Shown piece after piece: positions 60,047-64,000 of a stretch of 64,000 nucleotides of DNA (the first letter of the stretch is position 1; the number at the start of each line of letters is the position of its first letter). Origin of the DNA: Verrucomicrobiia bacterium (GTDB lineage: Bacteria; Verrucomicrobiota; Verrucomicrobiia; Limisphaerales; UBA1319); the NCBI GenBank assembly GCA_963664225.1, contig OY760937.1:2944001-3008000 (forward strand), given 5' to 3'. The notes beneath the pieces are model-generated. The model was not told where the DNA came from. It did not search any database and worked only from the letters and a program-made list of their open reading frames with translations. Both the position numbers and the translations under genes were made by a program.

Positions 60047-60144
60047 ACCTTTGCGACTTTGCTGTAATATTGAAGGAGAGGGGTGCGGCGAAACGGCGTC
60101 CCCACAAGATTATTGTCACGAATAATAATAATTGAATAAACGTC

Positions 60145-61230
60145 ATGAAAGCGACACAAGCTCTGCACGATCTGGGCCAGAGTCTCTGGCTGGATAACAT
60201 CACCCGCGACCTGCTCAACAGCGGCACTCTCAAGCGTTACATCGAGGAGTGGTCGGTGACGGGCCTGACCTCGAACCCGACGATTTTCGACCAGGCCATC
60301 AAGAACAGCGCCTCCTACGACACCGCGATCCACAAAGGCACCACGGATGGCAAGACTTCAGAGAACATTTTCTTCGACCTGGCCCTTGAGGACCTGACCC
60401 GCGCCGCGGATTTGTTCCGGCCGGTTCATCACCGCACCAATGGGATGGACGGCTGGGTGTCTCTGGAGGTCTCGCCCCTGCTGGCTTATGACACCGCCAG
60501 CACCATTGCCGCCGCGAAGGAACTTTCCGGGCGGGCCGACCGCCACAACCTGTTCATCAAGATACCCGGCACCAGGGAGGGCCTGCCCGCCATCGAGGAG
60601 GCCATCTTTGCCGGGGTGCCCGTCAACGTCACGCTCCTGTTCTCGCGCGGCCAATACGCGGCGGCGGCGGAGGCCTACATGCGCGGCATCGAGCGGCGCA
60701 TTGCAGCCGGGCTTAATCCCCATGTCTGCTCGGTGGCCTCGGTCTTCATCAGCCGCTGGGACGCCGCCGTGGCAGGCAAGGTTCCAACCGAATTGACCAA
60801 CCAGCTCGGCATCACCATCGCGAACCGCATTTACAAGACCTACCATGATTTGCTGGGCTCGCCTCGCTGGAATCGCGCCTACAATTCCGGCGCCCGGCCT
60901 CAGCGCTTGCTCTGGGCCAGCACCGGCACCAAGGATCCCAAGGCCTCCGACGTCCTCTACATCACAGCACTGGCCGCGCCGTTCACCGTGAACACCATGC
61001 CCGAGGCCACTTTAAAGGCCCTGGCCGACCACGGGAAGATTGGCGCCAGCATGCCGATGAATGGGGGCAATTGTGAAGAAGTCCTGACCCGGTTTGCAAA
61101 GGCGGGAATCGATGTGGATGCGCTGGCCGCACAGCTTCAGGAGGACGGCGCGAAATCGTTTGTGAAATCCTGGAACGACCTGATGGCCGTGATTGCGTCC
61201 AAGAGCGAAGCACTCAGGCAGACCGCATAG
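60145..61230 (+). CDS. tal: Transaldolase
   Basis: GQSLWLD, GLTSNPTIF, VSLEVSP, FIKIPGT, NVTLLFS, LWASTG.K. Confidence 0.95.
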   Translation: MKATQALHDLGQSLWLDNITRDLLNSGTLKRYIEEWSVTGLTSNPTIFDQAIKNSASYDTAIHKGTTDGKTSENIFFDLALEDLTRAADLFRPVHHRTNGMDGWVSLEVSPLLAYDTASTIAAAKELSGRADRHNLFIKIPGTREGLPAIEEAIFAGVPVNVTLLFSRGQYAAAAEAYMRGIERRIAAGLNPHVCSVASVFISRWDAAVAGKVPTELTNQLGITIANRIYKTYHDLLGSPRWNRAYNSGARPQRLLWASTGTKDPKASDVLYITALAAPFTVNTMPEATLKALADHGKIGASMPMNGGNCEEVLTRFAKAGIDVDALAAQLQEDGAKSFVKSWNDLMAVIASKSEALRQTA

Positions 61231-61261
61231 TCGCGCGATTGCACCCATAAACTTAAATCAC

Positions 61262-61729
61262 ATGCGCATGGGAATCGCCGCCGATCATGGCGGGTTTGAG
61301 CTCAAGGAAACGCTGGCCGCCCAACTGCGCGCGGCGGGTCATGAAGTCCTCGATTTCGGCGCTCACATGCTGGCCCCTGAGGACGACTATCCCGACTTCG
61401 TCATCCCGCTGGCGCAGGCGGTGGCGGCCGGGAAACTGGAGCGCGGTGTCGCCGTTTGCGGCAGCGGCGTCGGGGCTTCCGTGTGCGCCAATAAGATCAA
61501 AGGGGTTCGCGCCTGTCTGATCGAAGACCACTTTTCGGCAAGGCAGGGCGTCGAGGACGATCACATAAACCTCCTGTGTCTGGGTGGCCGCACGGTGGGG
61601 CCGTCCGTGGCGTGGGATTTGGTCCAGACCTTTCTCGCCGCCGAATTCAGCCAGGCCGACCGTCACCTCCGCCGCCTCCGTAAAGTATCCGCCCTCGAGG
61701 ATGAACATAGGCCGATCAATTTGGGGTAG
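61262..61729 (+). CDS. rpiB: Ribose-5-phosphate isomerase B
   Basis: AADHGG, DDYPD, CGSGVG, ANKIKGVRA, RHLRR. Confidence 0.93.
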   Translation: MRMGIAADHGGFELKETLAAQLRAAGHEVLDFGAHMLAPEDDYPDFVIPLAQAVAAGKLERGVAVCGSGVGASVCANKIKGVRACLIEDHFSARQGVEDDHINLLCLGGRTVGPSVAWDLVQTFLAAEFSQADRHLRRLRKVSALEDEHRPINLG

Positions 61730-61754
61730 GGCGGGCAGTCCTCTGCACGCCGTT
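61724..61754. repeat. GTAG-type REP-like element
   Basis: GGTAGGGCGGGCAGTCCTCTGCACGCCGTT; 27 bp identical to 5362-5388. Confidence 0.7.
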
Positions 61755-62053
61755 CTATTTGTCCCGCACCCTGGGTATTTTTGAAGCCGCGATGTTTCTT
61801 GATCGGACGGGGCCTGGTCTGCTATGAATAAGCCTCATGCCCTGCAAACCATGGTCGCTCAATAAGGGTTTTCGATTTACCCGTGTAATCCCGATCAGTG
61901 TGCGTACCCTCGATGGCATCACGAACATACCAGAGGCCAAACCCCACAGCCACGCGAACTCAAGCCAACCCCTTAACGCGATAATAAATCGACCATCATC
62001 GACGGTTGGCCCCGGTCAGTGAGTTATTATTTCAAATTCGATTTACTCTGCTT

Positions 62054-62587
62054 ATGAATACGCATTCGGACATGAAGATCTGCAAGATGTGTTGCATGGA
62101 GATTCCTGAGAAGGCGCGGAAATGTCCCCACTGCCACCATTTTCAAGACCGGCTATCCCTGGTCCTCTACCATCCTGGGTTCGGCGTCACGCTTGCGACG
62201 CTTCCGGTGATTGTCATGATGATTTTCGTCAGCCGCATGTTTGATACGGGCAAGGACTTCGAGCTTTATAAAGACCAGATTGTTATCACAGACAGCCAAA
62301 TGGCCTTTGGACGGTCTGGCTCAAATACGACTGTTGCCGTTTTGGGGACGATCAAGAATAACAGCCCAGTCCCGTGGAGGGATATTCAGTTCCACGTCGA
62401 TATTTTTGACGCTCAAGGCAAGCGCGTGGATGTTGCGGAGCAGCAACGCTATGGCGATAGATTGTCAACAAACTCATCATCCTCTTTCAAAGTATCGTTT
62501 CGGAGGGAGTTCCCCGAGACGAATTACGTGAAGCACGCTATTCGAGTGGTGGGAGCACGGGACGCGAGGGCGCGCGGTGGTGATTAG
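62054..62587 (+). CDS. Zinc-ribbon, TM and FxLYD-like beta-sandwich protein
   Basis: CKMC...CPHC, one TM segment, GTIKNN...FDAQGK. Confidence 0.6.
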   Translation: MNTHSDMKICKMCCMEIPEKARKCPHCHHFQDRLSLVLYHPGFGVTLATLPVIVMMIFVSRMFDTGKDFELYKDQIVITDSQMAFGRSGSNTTVAVLGTIKNNSPVPWRDIQFHVDIFDAQGKRVDVAEQQRYGDRLSTNSSSSFKVSFRREFPETNYVKHAIRVVGARDARARGGD

Positions 62588-62604
62588 TCTGGACAGGAGT
62601 TTTC

Positions 62605-63243
62605 ATGAAATCAACACACATACTCATTGCTGCGGTACTTCTGGCGGGATCTGTGTTCCTGATGGCGCAGGAGACCAATCAGACCGGCAACCTGACCAAC
62701 ATTGTGACCCAGTTCGATTCTCTCAAGGAGCCTAAAATAACGACCAGGCCGAACGAGAAGGTCATCGTGGTGGAGGCCAGGGGCGATCCGAGTGTCATCG
62801 GTTCAAAGGCGTTCGGTTTGTTGTTTCAAATTTACGGCTCCATCAAGGAAACGCCCAAGGGCCCCATGCAGATCGTTCCGCGCGCGCGCTGGCCGGTCTA
62901 TCTGGACAGGCCGAAATCGGTCTGGATTGGCATGTATGCCCTGCCTGTTCCTGAAAGTGTCACCTCGCTTCCGCAGTTCAAGGCGGATCCAGATTTGAAG
63001 GTCACGCTCACGCAATGGCAATACGGTCTGGTGGCCGAGATGCTGTATGTCGGGCCGTATGATAAAGAGGAATCCACGCTCAAATACCTGAACGATTTCA
63101 TTGTGCGCCAGGGGTATCGGACCTTCGGCGGCCATGAGGAGGAGTATATCGTCGGTCCGGGGATGAACGGCCAGAGCGATCCGGAAAAGTATGTCACGAT
63201 CCTCCGCTATCGCCTGCGTAAAACCGGCACCACCACCGATTGA
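62605..63243 (+). CDS. Secreted GyrI-like ligand-binding domain protein
   Basis: Signal peptide, VAEMLYVGPYDKE, HEEEY, TILRYRL. Confidence 0.75.
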   Translation: MKSTHILIAAVLLAGSVFLMAQETNQTGNLTNIVTQFDSLKEPKITTRPNEKVIVVEARGDPSVIGSKAFGLLFQIYGSIKETPKGPMQIVPRARWPVYLDRPKSVWIGMYALPVPESVTSLPQFKADPDLKVTLTQWQYGLVAEMLYVGPYDKEESTLKYLNDFIVRQGYRTFGGHEEEYIVGPGMNGQSDPEKYVTILRYRLRKTGTTTD

Positions 63244-63338
63244 CCGATTGACGCATTGACTTTACGGTCTCGAATAAAGGAACATCACCTGCAACGCGCA
63301 CAACAAATCACCTGCGGAAAGTTCCAACCAATTAAACT

Positions 63339-63680
63339 ATGAACAAACTAATTCACGGCCTGATCGCGGCGTTCTTCGCCTTTGCCTGCTTTTGCCTGTG
63401 GGGCATGCTGAATCTTACTTCGCATGTCATGTTTCGCGTGTCCGATAACCCGCCGGCGTTCACCCAGTTTTGCATCAGCCTCAAGCCGCTCTATGTGGTG
63501 CTGCCGATCGTTGCCGTGGCCTACTGTTTCTACGTCTGGATTCGGAAGGCCGACACGCGCCGCTCCTGGGTCTCCTTTTTTGCCGCCACGATGGGTAGCC
63601 TCGTCGTGGTCATGCTGCCGACCCTGCTCGCAGTCTGGCTCCCGGTGATCCAGTTCATGGACATTGCGACGAAGAAGTAA
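63339..63680 (+). CDS. Small membrane protein
   Basis: Three hydrophobic segments. Confidence 0.6.
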   Translation: MNKLIHGLIAAFFAFACFCLWGMLNLTSHVMFRVSDNPPAFTQFCISLKPLYVVLPIVAVAYCFYVWIRKADTRRSWVSFFAATMGSLVVVMLPTLLAVWLPVIQFMDIATKK

Positions 63681-64000
63681 TGCGACGGCAACGCCGGGGT
63701 GCAGGACAAAATTCAGGAAGCTGGTAAAAGCCTAAACCTTACGAACCCAGCCAGAACGCCAGTCGGCGGTGTGGGGCATATAATCCGGCGCGGTGGTATC
63801 CTCCAAACCGTGCAATAAACCCAGGGCTCGCAATACTTCTCCTTCTCCTGGGGGAGAAGGAAGGGATGAGGGCGGTCGTCCTTTCAGATCTGACTTTTGC
63901 CGGACCCTCAATCGGCCCCCCGGCCATTCCCGAAGCTTTAGCTATATTTGTTTCGTATACACTCACATGCCCTTTTAAAGGTCTTTTTCGCTTGCCGAAG

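Overview
GC-rich bacterial chromosome segment, most likely from Verrucomicrobia (inferred from the style of the large secreted proteins and the GTAG-type REPs). It appears to be the replication-origin region: dnaA with a DnaA-box-rich upstream interval, mnmG(gidA), and two perfect parS palindromes, one inside the mnmG coding sequence. Housekeeping and metabolic genes (asnB-like/acyl-CoA ligase/ACP, suhB, FKBP, HIT, tricorn protease, glycogen debranching enzyme, desaturase, tal, rpiB) alternate with three very large secreted proteins (LamG/Ig/cohesin-dockerin, S8 protease, BspA-LRR). Two mobile-DNA structures stand out. (1) A three-tier nest at 40650-44333: a 162-bp palindromic MITE-like element (TSD TTTAA) holds an IS1380-family element in its loop (TSD TTAAA), and a group II intron sits 1 nt beyond the IS right end. 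The intron's EBS1 and EBS2 pair over 14 contiguous nt with that IS end, so it appears to home to transposon ends. (2) An IS110 element (20640-22219, CT core) whose bridge RNA, with target- and donor-binding loops, can be read from the sequence. All domain calls are by eye, without database searches.
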